A stretch of DNA of 64,000 bases. Origin: Escherichia phage LHE287. The position numbers and the translations under genes were made by a program. The stretch is taken from sequence record PP761450.1; one strand, 5' to 3'. Shown in pieces: positions 18,169-27,227 of this stretch (positions are counted from its first letter, which is position 1; the number at the start of each line of letters is the position of its first letter). The notes under the pieces were generated by a model that was not told the DNA's origin, did not search any database, and was given only the letters and a program-made list of their open reading frames with translations.

Positions 18169-19158
18169 TCACTTCCACTTGATGTTGAGCATGACATTGG
18201 TCAGGAAAAACACAGCATGCAGCCAGACATCGCCGACTTGACGGTGTTCAATCTGAGACTGACCACACACGCATACCAGATCAGGGATAGACTCATTCTG
18301 AACCAACATTTGCTTCTCTTTATCCTGTGGTACACAGAACTGGAAGAAGCGGGAATAGAAGTCTTCAGTGATATAGTTCTGGTTGTCGGTCACCCACTGC
18401 TTCATCCCAGCCCAGTCATTATCCTTCAACATATTCACCAACATGCCCATATCGGCCGATTTTAACACAGCCAGTGCACGTTCGTCGATCTTGCCGTAAG
18501 TGGTGACGTTATCCTGTAGAACACCCATGATGCGGCGGTTATCAGGGAAATGGCGCTTGACAATAGCAGCCAACACAGGAGGGTCATACTCAACACCTTC
18601 GCAGCGAAGGATTTCAGCACAGCGGCGCATGAACTGAAGTTTTACCTCATCAGCCTCAGCCTCATTCCAGATAAAGTCGATTTCACGGCAACGAGAGCGC
18701 AGAGGTTCGTTCACACGTTGCTTGGCGTTGGTGGTCAAGATGAATGAACAGTTCTTGGAGACCTTCTCCACAATACCCTTCAGCGACTCCTGTGCCGCCA
18801 TAGACAGACGCTCTACTTCGTCGAGGATAACGACTTTGCGGCCACCGAATACGCTCACACCAGTAGAGTACTGAATCACGCGGTCACGGATAACGTCAAT
18901 GCTGTTGTCCAGGGATGCGTTGATCATCAGTGGTTGCTTACAACCGATTTCATTACACACGGCCAGGGCAGAGGTAGTCTTGCCAGTACCAGGCTGAGGA
19001 GAGTAGAACAGCATAGACGGGATGTTGCCGTTGCCGCTGGTGATGTAGCCATGGATTTTAGCGCGGACGTCTTGAGGGATGATAATCTCGTCCAGGTTGT
19101 CAGGGCGATACTTGTTTTCCCATGCGTACTGGTCGGAAACGATAGTGATATTAGACAT
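18169..19158 (-). CDS. gp44: clamp loader large subunit, AAA+ ATPase (gp44-like)
   Basis: ENKYRP...SPQPGTGKTT...ILDEVERL with overall similarity to T4 gp44; start at MSNITIV. Confidence 0.85.
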   Translation of the reverse strand: MSNITIVSDQYAWENKYRPDNLDEIIIPQDVRAKIHGYITSGNGNIPSMLFYSPQPGTGKTTSALAVCNEIGCKQPLMINASLDNSIDVIRDRVIQYSTGVSVFGGRKVVILDEVERLSMAAQESLKGIVEKVSKNCSFILTTNAKQRVNEPLRSRCREIDFIWNEAEADEVKLQFMRRCAEILRCEGVEYDPPVLAAIVKRHFPDNRRIMGVLQDNVTTYGKIDERALAVLKSADMGMLVNMLKDNDWAGMKQWVTDNQNYITEDFYSRFFQFCVPQDKEKQMLVQNESIPDLVCVCGQSQIEHRQVGDVWLHAVFFLTNVMLNIKWK

Positions 19159-19190
19159 TTCAGCCTCGTGTAGAAGAATCATTTCAAATA

Positions 19191-19208
19191 GGCGGGGAAC
19201 GCCCCGCC
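19191..19208 (-). terminator. GC hairpin after the sliding clamp gene
   Basis: ggcgggg-aacg-ccccgcc. Confidence 0.4.
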
Positions 19209-19238
19209 CACACATTATAGCATCAGGCTGGAGATTGA

Positions 19239-19907
19239 TTACTCAATCTGTGCGCCGACGAAGTAATTGATCGTCGCGTCGGATGATTGGAAGTTCACCA
19301 TCTGTAGATCAGCACAGGCACGCAGAGTGTAGTTGCCTTCGATCATTTTCAGGTTGGCAACATCCAGTGGCATTACGAAGTCCGGCAGCGCGGTTTCGCC
19401 CAGCTCAACAGTGTAGTTGTTGGAGTTGTCTAGGGTAGTGGTGGTTGCAACCAGGCGTGTTTTGCCACCCTGAGCAACCAGACGCACAGTCTTGTGTCCG
19501 AGGGTAGAGCAGGCGCGGGTCAGTTCTTTCATCTTCTCTGGAGTGATGATCGCTTCAAAGTCAACAGACGGCAGTTCAATAGTATCAGCCGGAACAACAG
19601 TGAGTTCTTTAGCAGAACGCCAGAATTGCAGCTGAGAGCTTTCGCCTTTCAACAGGATGTAGTCCTGATGAAATTCGGCTTTGGCACCTTTGAAGGAAGG
19701 TAGGCGCTGGATGGCCAGAAGTTTGGTCAGGTCCAGAATCGGGAACTCAAACGGGAAGTCTTCTTCGATCTGCGCCACGGCGATCACAGTAGAAGAATCA
19801 TTAATACTGCGCAGCATCTTGCCTGGTGTCAGAACGATAGATGGGTTGATGGTCTCAAAGTTGGCCAGCAACTGAAGTGTACGTTCGGAGAGAGTGATCT
19901 CTTGCAT
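19239..19907 (-). CDS. gp45: sliding clamp (gp45-like)
   Basis: 222 aa; LLANFETINPSI resembles T4 gp45 N-terminus LLKNFATINSGI; synteny with 44/62. Confidence 0.8.
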   Translation of the reverse strand: MQEITLSERTLQLLANFETINPSIVLTPGKMLRSINDSSTVIAVAQIEEDFPFEFPILDLTKLLAIQRLPSFKGAKAEFHQDYILLKGESSQLQFWRSAKELTVVPADTIELPSVDFEAIITPEKMKELTRACSTLGHKTVRLVAQGGKTRLVATTTTLDNSNNYTVELGETALPDFVMPLDVANLKMIEGNYTLRACADLQMVNFQSSDATINYFVGAQIE

Positions 19908-20040
19908 TTGTATGTATCCTCAAAATATAGTGGGGGTTCAAGTCATGTTTGACGCAATCTAGTATCGCTGTGTTTTGCTTATAGAACAAGTGGCAAATTG
20001 CGCTACGCGTTATTAATAAATGCCTTCGGCATTTATGGAC

Positions 20041-20089
20041 TTTATTAAAGATAATAACCTTTATTAAAGATAATAACCTTTATTAATCC
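20041..20089. repeat. 19-bp tandem direct repeat, about 2.5 copies
   Basis: TTTATTAAAGATAATAACC x2 plus partial third copy, in the divergent AT-rich intergenic region. Confidence 0.7.
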
Positions 20090-20119
20090 TATTCGCTTCG
20101 CTCATAAAACAAATACTCG

Positions 20120-20149
20120 TTGTTCGCTAACGCTCACAACTCGTATAAT
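20120..20149 (+). promoter_or_regulatory. candidate plus-strand sigma70-like promoter
   Basis: TTGTTC-N17-TATAAT (TATAAT at 20144-20149), about 120 nt upstream of plus gene 20269. Confidence 0.35.
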
Positions 20150-20268
20150 ACCACGCCATTGTTCAACAAGAAAGCAGTTTTTATTCAACAGCAAAAATAA
20201 TTTATTTGGTCTAAACATGCACGCGAAATAATATGTATGTCATGTTAACCAACACACGAGAGTAATAT

Positions 20269-20640
20269 ATGAAACAGTTCGTAGGATTATACGCAGTCGG
20301 GTGTAGTAAGCCAGACGCCAACCTCACCACAGGTCAATTTATCACAGGCACCCCAGTTTATCTGACACAGCTGGCGTCAGACAAGAACTTACCATCGGAG
20401 CCGCGATTTGTCCCTCTGGGTTTGATGACAGGCCTGAAAGTTGGTCTGTATGTCGGTGCGGTGACGTTTGAAAACGGCATCGAAGCGAAGGTTCTGCCAT
20501 TCAAATTGGGTAGCGAACAAATGCTGAAGGATACGATCAGTGAACACCTGAACTCACAATGTCTGGCTTCTCTGGACAAATTGTTCGGTGTAGTAACTGA
20601 TGAAGGCGAGGCCACCCCCGCCTATGTGAATCAAGATTAA
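20269..20640 (+). CDS. hypothetical protein (lone plus-strand gene)
   Basis: 123-aa ORF; stop overlaps the stop of the converging helicase gene. Confidence 0.5.
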   Translation: MKQFVGLYAVGCSKPDANLTTGQFITGTPVYLTQLASDKNLPSEPRFVPLGLMTGLKVGLYVGAVTFENGIEAKVLPFKLGSEQMLKDTISEHLNSQCLASLDKLFGVVTDEGEATPAYVNQD

Positions 20641-22145
20641 TCGTGATTACCCAGCGCCACCTTCATGAATTCCACAGGGTGGCGCTCTGCCAGGTAAAAC
20701 TTGTAACGCTCGTGAGAGTGCCTAAGAGCGTGGTTCGTGCTGGCGTTGTACGATGCATCATCCACTAAGTCCCATATCCACGCGACGTCCTTAGAGGAGT
20801 GCTGACGCATCAGACGACCCAATGTCTGTATGACGCGGATATATGACTTGCTCGGGTGTGCAAGTACAAGGTGGTGTAGTTTCTTGATCGACACACCCTG
20901 CTGCATTGTCCCGTATGATGCCAACAGGGTGATGTCCTCTCCATCCTCCATCGCTTTCTGTATGCGGCGGCGGTCTTCGATCTTCACTTCCCCGTTGATG
21001 ACAAACACGTTGGGCTTGACTGCGCTCAGCATATCATACACGACCATCATGTGACCATCAATACGCTCGAACATGATGGCCACGTTTCCTTTCAGATTCA
21101 GTGCCATCTTGGCGATCAGTTCGTTGCGGGACTGGTGTGTGATAAGGTATTCTATTTCCTTGGAATAATCCCCGTCCAGACCAACAGCATCCGCCGGAGT
21201 GTGCTTCAGCTGAATCATCTTCACTTTGATGTCAGTGGCGTACCCGAGATTGATAAGATCGCGAGCTGTGATGATCTTATGGTACGCCCCGAAGTGAGCC
21301 ACCACCTGAAGCCCGGCAACTTTGGTGTTCGCCAGCGTACCTGTAACCCCCAGGCGCTGGTCGGCATAGATGCAGTTGTTTAGGATGTAAGACAGTTTCT
21401 CAGACTTGGAGGTGTGCACTTCATCCACCACGATATCACCGAACTGGTGGAACCATTCCTTCGGTTGATCTTGAATGCCTTGCCATGTACTGATGACGAT
21501 TGGTTTGCTGATCTCCTTTGTCGCGCCCTCAAAAATCAGCTGGGTGTTAACAACGGGCTTCCAATCACTGCCATGCGCATACTCTTCGAAGTTGTCGTAC
21601 AGCTGAGTGACTAAGTGGATTGACGGCACCACGATAAGCGTCTTCAGAGGACTTTCGAGAGCTTCTCTGCGTCGCCTGTAGTACCGCGCCATGACATACA
21701 GAATAAAGGACTTACCGGCACTCGTAGCCAGTTCACAGACGCATCTGGTTTGACGCATAGCCTTGGCGATGGTGTCGTACTGGTAGTCACGAGTCTCGGC
21801 ATCGATATATTCGTGATTTTCGGTACGGATCTTTGGATGCAGACTGTCGATGAATTCACGGATTTCTTCATCTGGGATGTCCTGAATGTACTTCAGCGCC
21901 GGATCCAGTTCAATGGTGTATCCGTTGTTCTTACAGAACTTAAATACCTCAAACAGCAGACCGATATCGATTAGACCAGATGACTTGGTAAATAGGCGGA
22001 CAACCCCGTCCCATTTAGAGAAGGGGTTGGGAACGAAGTTCGGGTCTTCGAATTTGAAGTAGTCATTAAGTTCTTCCCTGATAGAAAGATCTGCGATGCA
22101 ACGCATGCGGACTTCGTTAACCTTAACAATCTGAATGTCTGCCAT
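20637..22145 (-). CDS. SF2 DNA helicase (UvsW-like)
   Basis: Walker A TSAGKS and DEVH box; start trimmed to MADIQIV (22145); CTAAATA motif upstream. Confidence 0.7.
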   Translation of the reverse strand: MADIQIVKVNEVRMRCIADLSIREELNDYFKFEDPNFVPNPFSKWDGVVRLFTKSSGLIDIGLLFEVFKFCKNNGYTIELDPALKYIQDIPDEEIREFIDSLHPKIRTENHEYIDAETRDYQYDTIAKAMRQTRCVCELATSAGKSFILYVMARYYRRRREALESPLKTLIVVPSIHLVTQLYDNFEEYAHGSDWKPVVNTQLIFEGATKEISKPIVISTWQGIQDQPKEWFHQFGDIVVDEVHTSKSEKLSYILNNCIYADQRLGVTGTLANTKVAGLQVVAHFGAYHKIITARDLINLGYATDIKVKMIQLKHTPADAVGLDGDYSKEIEYLITHQSRNELIAKMALNLKGNVAIMFERIDGHMMVVYDMLSAVKPNVFVINGEVKIEDRRRIQKAMEDGEDITLLASYGTMQQGVSIKKLHHLVLAHPSKSYIRVIQTLGRLMRQHSSKDVAWIWDLVDDASYNASTNHALRHSHERYKFYLAERHPVEFMKVALGNHD

Positions 22146-22170
22146 ACAAAATCTCCCAAGGATTATGGGG

Positions 22171-22177
22171 TATTTAG
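22171..22177 (-). promoter_or_regulatory. late-promoter-like CTAAATA motif
   Basis: Minus strand CTAAATACCCC about 26 nt upstream of helicase start. Confidence 0.4.
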
Positions 22178-22920
22178 TGATCCGGCCAGACTCCGTTTTG
22201 TTCTTTATCCATGCGATGATACAGACGAACACGCTCAAACATCTTTGTCAGAATGTCATCACGGTTGAACTCAATGACGGTTGGTAGAGGGGAAGACTCG
22301 TTGGCAATCACGTTGATGAGGCGGGTGATCTTGACGCCGAACATCTGCTGGAACATGACCGAATATAAGCACAGCTGGATACTGTAATCCTCGATCATGC
22401 CCCGCGTCTTCATGGTGTTCGATGTCTTGAAGTCGATGACAGCAGGTTTACCCTCATAAACCCCGATAAGGTCTACACGGCCTGCAAGACCAAGCACCTC
22501 GCTATATAATGGGATCTCCTGAGCATAGATCTTTGTCATCTTGTTCAGGTAAGGGAACAGCTGCTTGAACATGAACATGTATTCACCAGCCGCTTCCAAC
22601 ACTTCTTTCATTGGGCGGTTCTTTAGATACAGTTCACAAGCAAGGTGCAGCTTCTCCCCTCGGTCAGCACAGCGCATGGTCTCAAGATCAGCGGCCTCTG
22701 CGCCCAGCTTCTTCCTCCAAGACTCAAGCCATTCATGATCTCCAGTGCGTCCCAGCATAGTCGTGACGGATGTCAGTTTAACACCAGACGGTGAAACGTA
22801 ATGACGACCATTCTCCGTCGTAACACACTCCAGTTCCTTATGAGGAAGTTCGTATTGCTGGAATGTGTAATGACGGTTTTCGAAGTCATTCAGCTTGCGT
22901 AGATCCTGGAGAGATGCCAT
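22174..22920 (-). CDS. hypothetical protein, possible PD-(D/E)xK nuclease
   Basis: GRVDLIGVY...VIDFKT...QLCLYS pattern resembles RecB-family nuclease motifs. Confidence 0.4.
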   Translation of the reverse strand: MASLQDLRKLNDFENRHYTFQQYELPHKELECVTTENGRHYVSPSGVKLTSVTTMLGRTGDHEWLESWRKKLGAEAADLETMRCADRGEKLHLACELYLKNRPMKEVLEAAGEYMFMFKQLFPYLNKMTKIYAQEIPLYSEVLGLAGRVDLIGVYEGKPAVIDFKTSNTMKTRGMIEDYSIQLCLYSVMFQQMFGVKITRLINVIANESSPLPTVIEFNRDDILTKMFERVRLYHRMDKEQNGVWPDH

Positions 22921-22935
22921 TATGTGTGATCCTCG

Positions 22936-23388
22936 TTATACACCATCAATATATTTTCTCCACTCAATAGCATTTTTCACTTCGTATCCCAGTTTGTTCA
23001 GGCGATCCAAACAAGTCTCTATGAACTTGACTTTTGCTTTTTGTTCTTGTAACAGAACAGACAACTCCACATAGTCATCGTCTGCTTTGACCCATGTATC
23101 TAGGTCAGACTTCAGGGGGCGAACCTTCAGGGGGCGATCTGCGTAGATGTTAGGGGGTAACTCCCCTGCATAGTAGCGGCGCAGATAGAGATCGATTTGG
23201 CGGAAGCGCCCGTTGAGAAATTCAAGATAACGTCCCTCGCGCAGATAATGCCGCTGTACAGCCATCCAAGAGCGCCCGATTTTCAGTGAGATCTGGTCAA
23301 GGTTCATGTCTTCTGGGTCCACTGTGATCAGCGGCTCCAGTTCGTTCATGATGTCCTCGGTAGCCATTGTCTGTAGTTGTTCTTTCAT
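22936..23388 (-). CDS. hypothetical protein (possible UvsY-like recombination mediator)
   Basis: 150 aa; weak LYLRRYYAG resemblance to UvsY and position next to the UvsW-like gene. Confidence 0.3.
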   Translation of the reverse strand: MKEQLQTMATEDIMNELEPLITVDPEDMNLDQISLKIGRSWMAVQRHYLREGRYLEFLNGRFRQIDLYLRRYYAGELPPNIYADRPLKVRPLKSDLDTWVKADDDYVELSVLLQEQKAKVKFIETCLDRLNKLGYEVKNAIEWRKYIDGV

Positions 23389-23430
23389 AAAATATCCCAG
23401 CTTGTCAATGTCATAGAATTATACCGCATT

Positions 23431-23931
23431 TCATGGATTAGAATCAATCGCCTTCCCACCAGATAGTGGAACCAGCTGTTGGAACTTGAAGGTCACTGTT
23501 GTCACCAGCTGAGGTACAGCCGCGTCTACGTCCACCAGTACGTTGTCCAAAGCAGTCGGGCGGGCTTCCTCCAGCACGAGAGTGAGGCCAATCGGTCGGT
23601 TGAGGTTATCCAGCAATTCAATGGTAATGTCCTTGCTGACAGGCAAATCCTTGCCGACGTTGCTGGTAATCCATTGGTGGATCTGTAACCATGATTTCCA
23701 GTCCTCGTCTATAACGAAAGTAAATACGACGGGATCATAGGTTAAACGCTCTGAAGGTATAGAAACCAACACGTCACCAGGAGACGGACCATCGATGCCT
23801 TCGGAGTACACCCCTGGTATACTGAAGTCGTGGATGTTACGGGTTAGGAGTACAAGGTCTCCGATAGTCAGACGCCACTTATCGGACGCCGCGAAATTAG
23901 GGTTTTCGTTCTTGAATTGTACGTTGGACAT
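23431..23931 (-). CDS. hypothetical protein
   Basis: ORF trimmed to MSNVQFK start at 23931. Confidence 0.45.
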   Translation of the reverse strand: MSNVQFKNENPNFAASDKWRLTIGDLVLLTRNIHDFSIPGVYSEGIDGPSPGDVLVSIPSERLTYDPVVFTFVIDEDWKSWLQIHQWITSNVGKDLPVSKDITIELLDNLNRPIGLTLVLEEARPTALDNVLVDVDAAVPQLVTTVTFKFQQLVPLSGGKAIDSNP

Positions 23932-24202
23932 AATAGCACCTTTGCTGTGGAGATATTTTGTGACCCTGATGCGCGGGATCAGTAGATTGTTGTTGGCATG
24001 CTCGATGCTCTTGTTTACGAGCTGTCGCATCTTTGTCACGCCAATAATTTCTGTTTCCGAACTCTGGAACCCAGAAGTGCGCACTGTACCTGTGACGTTG
24101 TCGGCCAGCGTTCCCACTTGTAACAAGGGTATGCTGGACATCATCGTGCAAGAGTTCCAGCCCTTCCAGAAGCTCGTACCTTTAGGTTGCTTTGATGAGA
24201 AC

Positions 24203-24610
24203 ATGAGCACCCTCAAGCCATACTGGAAGACCACAATTCCTCTCCTGCGGCATGGCGATGAAGGGAAGATTCCATACCTATCAGCAAGTATTTATTACTC
24301 TCAGAACAACAGCATCATTATCACCTTTAATCCATCATTCTACGCCAAGCTGAAGCAACAAATGGTTGGACGACTGGGTACAACATCAGATATAATCGTG
24401 ACGTTCAAGATCATGAATGACTCAGATAAACCAGTACGAATCGCAACTCAGGGTGTGTTCGTTAACAACGAAGCGGTTGGAAATGGGATGAGTATCTTTG
24501 AAGTTAACCCAGGGGGAACGATCTTGATCAGACTGAGTAATGTGGGTGTGAACTCCCTGCTGTTGGATGGCATCGAACCAGTGGGAGTTCTTCCGGCGCG
24601 GGAGCACTGA
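24203..24610 (+). CDS. hypothetical protein (plus strand)
   Basis: Plausible start MSTLKPYW within ORF 23795..24610; converges tail-to-tail with 24611..25339. Confidence 0.35.
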   Translation: MSTLKPYWKTTIPLLRHGDEGKIPYLSASIYYSQNNSIIITFNPSFYAKLKQQMVGRLGTTSDIIVTFKIMNDSDKPVRIATQGVFVNNEAVGNGMSIFEVNPGGTILIRLSNVGVNSLLLDGIEPVGVLPAREH

Positions 24611-25339
24611 TTACTTCAGCGCGTTCTTCAGATTATCGGAACCGATGCTGTTGATGACACCTCCGGCGCAGATATCTTTCGCCCACTCTGATATCACGTT
24701 GGCAAAAGAGAAGTTAAGACACTTACCAACCATGTCTTGGATATGGGCTAACTCTGCTGCAATACCGTTCGTGATGTCTTGAGCAATAGAGGCTACTGAT
24801 GCGACAGCAGTGTCGATGGCTTGAGTAACTTCAGCAGCCAGTGCCCGAATAGCATCAAGACCAGCACTGACACCCTGAGCTACCAACTCAGCCAGCTCAT
24901 TCATCTTGTTTGTGATAGTTGTGAGAACACTTTGCATGGTGTTGATCCACTGTTTGCCGAGGTTCTGAATAACCCCAAATGCATTATTGATCAGATCACA
25001 GTTGTTCGGTTCTCGACCTATAGACTTCAGGGCGGACTTATACGACACAGATGTACCGATGCGGGAATATGCCTCGTTCACTGACTGGTCGCCATAGTTG
25101 TTCAAAGTAGTGATGCTGTTGTTGGCTGAGTTGAACATTGCTGTAGATTCGTTGAGTTTGGCTGTAGTCAACCCACCTGCCGTCAGCGCTTCCTGAATCT
25201 GCGCATTTCCGGTGTTAGCCAGTGACGCTGCAGTCGCCTTACCACTGGTGATTAACCCCTGTGAGGCGCTGCTGAGGGACGGGAGAGGATTGGTAAAGGC
25301 GTTGCCCTGTGATAGGGCGTCATAGATCTGTGCGTTCAT
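24611..25339 (-). CDS. hypothetical Ala/Ser-rich protein, possibly virion-associated
   Basis: Start MNAQIYD (25339); CTAAATACCCCC late-type motif upstream. Confidence 0.5.
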   Translation of the reverse strand: MNAQIYDALSQGNAFTNPLPSLSSASQGLITSGKATAASLANTGNAQIQEALTAGGLTTAKLNESTAMFNSANNSITTLNNYGDQSVNEAYSRIGTSVSYKSALKSIGREPNNCDLINNAFGVIQNLGKQWINTMQSVLTTITNKMNELAELVAQGVSAGLDAIRALAAEVTQAIDTAVASVASIAQDITNGIAAELAHIQDMVGKCLNFSFANVISEWAKDICAGGVINSIGSDNLKNALK

Positions 25340-25367
25340 AAGAAAATACCCCCATGGATGATGGGGG

Positions 25368-25374
25368 TATTTAG
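25368..25374 (-). promoter_or_regulatory. late-promoter-like CTAAATA motif
   Basis: CTAAATACCCCC with inverted copy GGGGGTATTT before the ATG at 25339. Confidence 0.45.
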
Positions 25375-25377
25375 GGA

Positions 25378-25548
25378 TCATGGTAGTTTGTAAACGAAGT
25401 TGGACCAGAACTTACGAACAAACTTCTTGACATAAACCATTCGGTTGGCGTATTCCCCATCCTTCAGGTCATTGTAGGTCTCGATCCCTACCGCGCCCAA
25501 GAAGTACGCCGTGAAGATATAGCAGAACAGATTGATGACGACAAACAT
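25378..25548 (-). CDS. small membrane protein
   Basis: MFVVINLFCYIFTAYFLGAVGI transmembrane helix; GGAGAT RBS. Confidence 0.35.
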   Translation of the reverse strand: MFVVINLFCYIFTAYFLGAVGIETYNDLKDGEYANRMVYVKKFVRKFWSNFVYKLP

Positions 25549-25587
25549 GATGTATCTCCGCTGTGTGCTCAAATTATTTATGATATG

Positions 25588-26010
25588 TTACAAAAGGCGC
25601 TTGGTCTTCGGCTTACCCATTAGAGTGATATCCACAGGGAGGCCAGCTTTCTTGCAACGGTTGATCATGTCCAGGGTGCCAGTGGACGAACCATCCCACA
25701 TCGCAATCGGATACACTTCCAGCTTGGTCTGTCTGACGAGATCCAATGCCTTGTCTAACATGTCCTGATTGCGTTTGTTGCCCATCCCTTTCCCATACTT
25801 TTCATAATAGCTCGGAGGTATTGGCATAGGAGTGATATGAACATAATTGATTTCAGCCCAATCACGGCAAATCTTGTCCACACCAGAGGCTTCACCCTCA
25901 ATCAGTGTATAGACCTCACGAGGATCCAAGAGTTCGTCCAGCTTGGCGAATACCTTATCCCGCTCGGTGATTGAGCGGGAACCCGTAATGAGAACGATAT
26001 ACTTCTTCAT
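25588..26010 (-). CDS. SLOG/DprA-LOG-like nucleotide-binding fold protein (tentative)
   Basis: KYIVLITGSRSI...GEASGVDKI...WDGSSTGT pattern. Confidence 0.4.
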   Translation of the reverse strand: MKKYIVLITGSRSITERDKVFAKLDELLDPREVYTLIEGEASGVDKICRDWAEINYVHITPMPIPPSYYEKYGKGMGNKRNQDMLDKALDLVRQTKLEVYPIAMWDGSSTGTLDMINRCKKAGLPVDITLMGKPKTKRLL

Positions 26011-26015
26011 AGAAC

Positions 26016-26336
26016 TCACAGCGCCCCAAGATTGCCGATTACGTACAGGGAGCACAGAGGAGTGCCTGACGAACGCGGTTCGATCGTCATCCCGCTCAGG
26101 CGGATCAGTTCCAGTAAGCCGTCAGTGGTCTGATACGCGCGTGTCGAACCGTTCGGTCGATATAGCTCCAGCTCAGTTCGCCCTTCCTTTATTGCATTTC
26201 GAATGCGAGTGAACACGCTGTGGTCGCCGAACTTCTGTTTCAGAAGATCCAGCTTGGTGGTCAGGCGGCGACGTGGTTTGCGCGCACGAGGGTTCTCTTT
26301 TACGACCGCTTCTAAAATCGGGATGCTGTTAGCCAT
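26016..26336 (-). CDS. hypothetical protein
   Basis: 106-aa ORF. Confidence 0.45.
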   Translation of the reverse strand: MANSIPILEAVVKENPRARKPRRRLTTKLDLLKQKFGDHSVFTRIRNAIKEGRTELELYRPNGSTRAYQTTDGLLELIRLSGMTIEPRSSGTPLCSLYVIGNLGAL

Positions 26337-26491
26337 GATAAAGTCCTCTATTTGTAGGGGATAGGGTATGCGGTTAACATACCCTGTTCAAAGGTTTAGA
26401 ACAAATTGCTGCAATGTTACTTTGTAACGAGAGTGGTGATAGTTCCTTCATTTCAGAGTCAGTGTTGTGCTGCTTATGGAATGAAGTATAC

Positions 26492-26530
26492 GGGGTTTAT
26501 TGAAGAATTAAACCCCGTATATTGAATAAA
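26492..26530. other. 13-bp perfect-stem hairpin in intergenic region
   Basis: TATACGGGGTTTA-ttgaagaat-TAAACCCCGTATA. Confidence 0.5.
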
Positions 26531-26538
26531 TTTAAAAT

Positions 26539-26775
26539 TTATTTGAAGCGATCAGGAAGGGTGTCGTGAACCTCGGCGCTCAGCACCAGAAACTTACCAT
26601 CCGTCGTTGGGAAGCAATAGTCTTTCTTGATGTGACGCAAGTGTTCAGCTACAGCTGCTACGCAGTCATCTGTCACGTCGGTCTTCTCACCAACCCACAT
26701 GCTGGTTTTGGTGTTCAACCTGCCCTGGAATATAGTACCAGTGAGAGGACTTGCGCCGATCTTTTTGATAATCAT
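26539..26775 (-). CDS. hypothetical protein
   Basis: 78-aa ORF. Confidence 0.45.
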   Translation of the reverse strand: MIIKKIGASPLTGTIFQGRLNTKTSMWVGEKTDVTDDCVAAVAEHLRHIKKDYCFPTTDGKFLVLSAEVHDTLPDRFK

Positions 26776-26783
26776 GTTTAACC

Positions 26784-27227
26784 TCAGTTGTTAACGCGGA
26801 ATGCCGCCGGATACCCACCTGGATGCCCTTCTCCGGTCACGAAGACCTCGTACCGGGCACCTTTAACCAAACCAGGCAAATTGCCTGAGTCAAGCAGATA
26901 GCGGATTTTATCCATAGTCTCCATCCAGGACTTAGCAGGTTCGGCCTCGGCCTCCCCACGGTTGATTTTGATCACACCCTCTGAATAATACTTCCCATTG
27001 TCCTTCATGTAGTACAGCTTGACATCGATAAACTGTGGGGATGGAACTTCTGTCCAACCCTCATCGTTCAAATCCTGGCGATCATTGTCGAAACTCTGAA
27101 AATCAACATCACCGCATGCCAGGCGATAATCTTTGAATTTACGGAAACCTTCCACCTTGTCCCCAACGGAGCTACGGAAGAACTGTTTCTTGGCGGGACT
27201 AATGAAAATGAAATTCTTGTTACACAT
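26784..27227 (-). CDS. hypothetical protein
   Basis: Start MCNKNF (27227) with AAGGAAGG RBS and CTATATC spacer. Confidence 0.5.
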   Translation of the reverse strand: MCNKNFIFISPAKKQFFRSSVGDKVEGFRKFKDYRLACGDVDFQSFDNDRQDLNDEGWTEVPSPQFIDVKLYYMKDNGKYYSEGVIKINRGEAEAEPAKSWMETMDKIRYLLDSGNLPGLVKGARYEVFVTGEGHPGGYPAAFRVNN

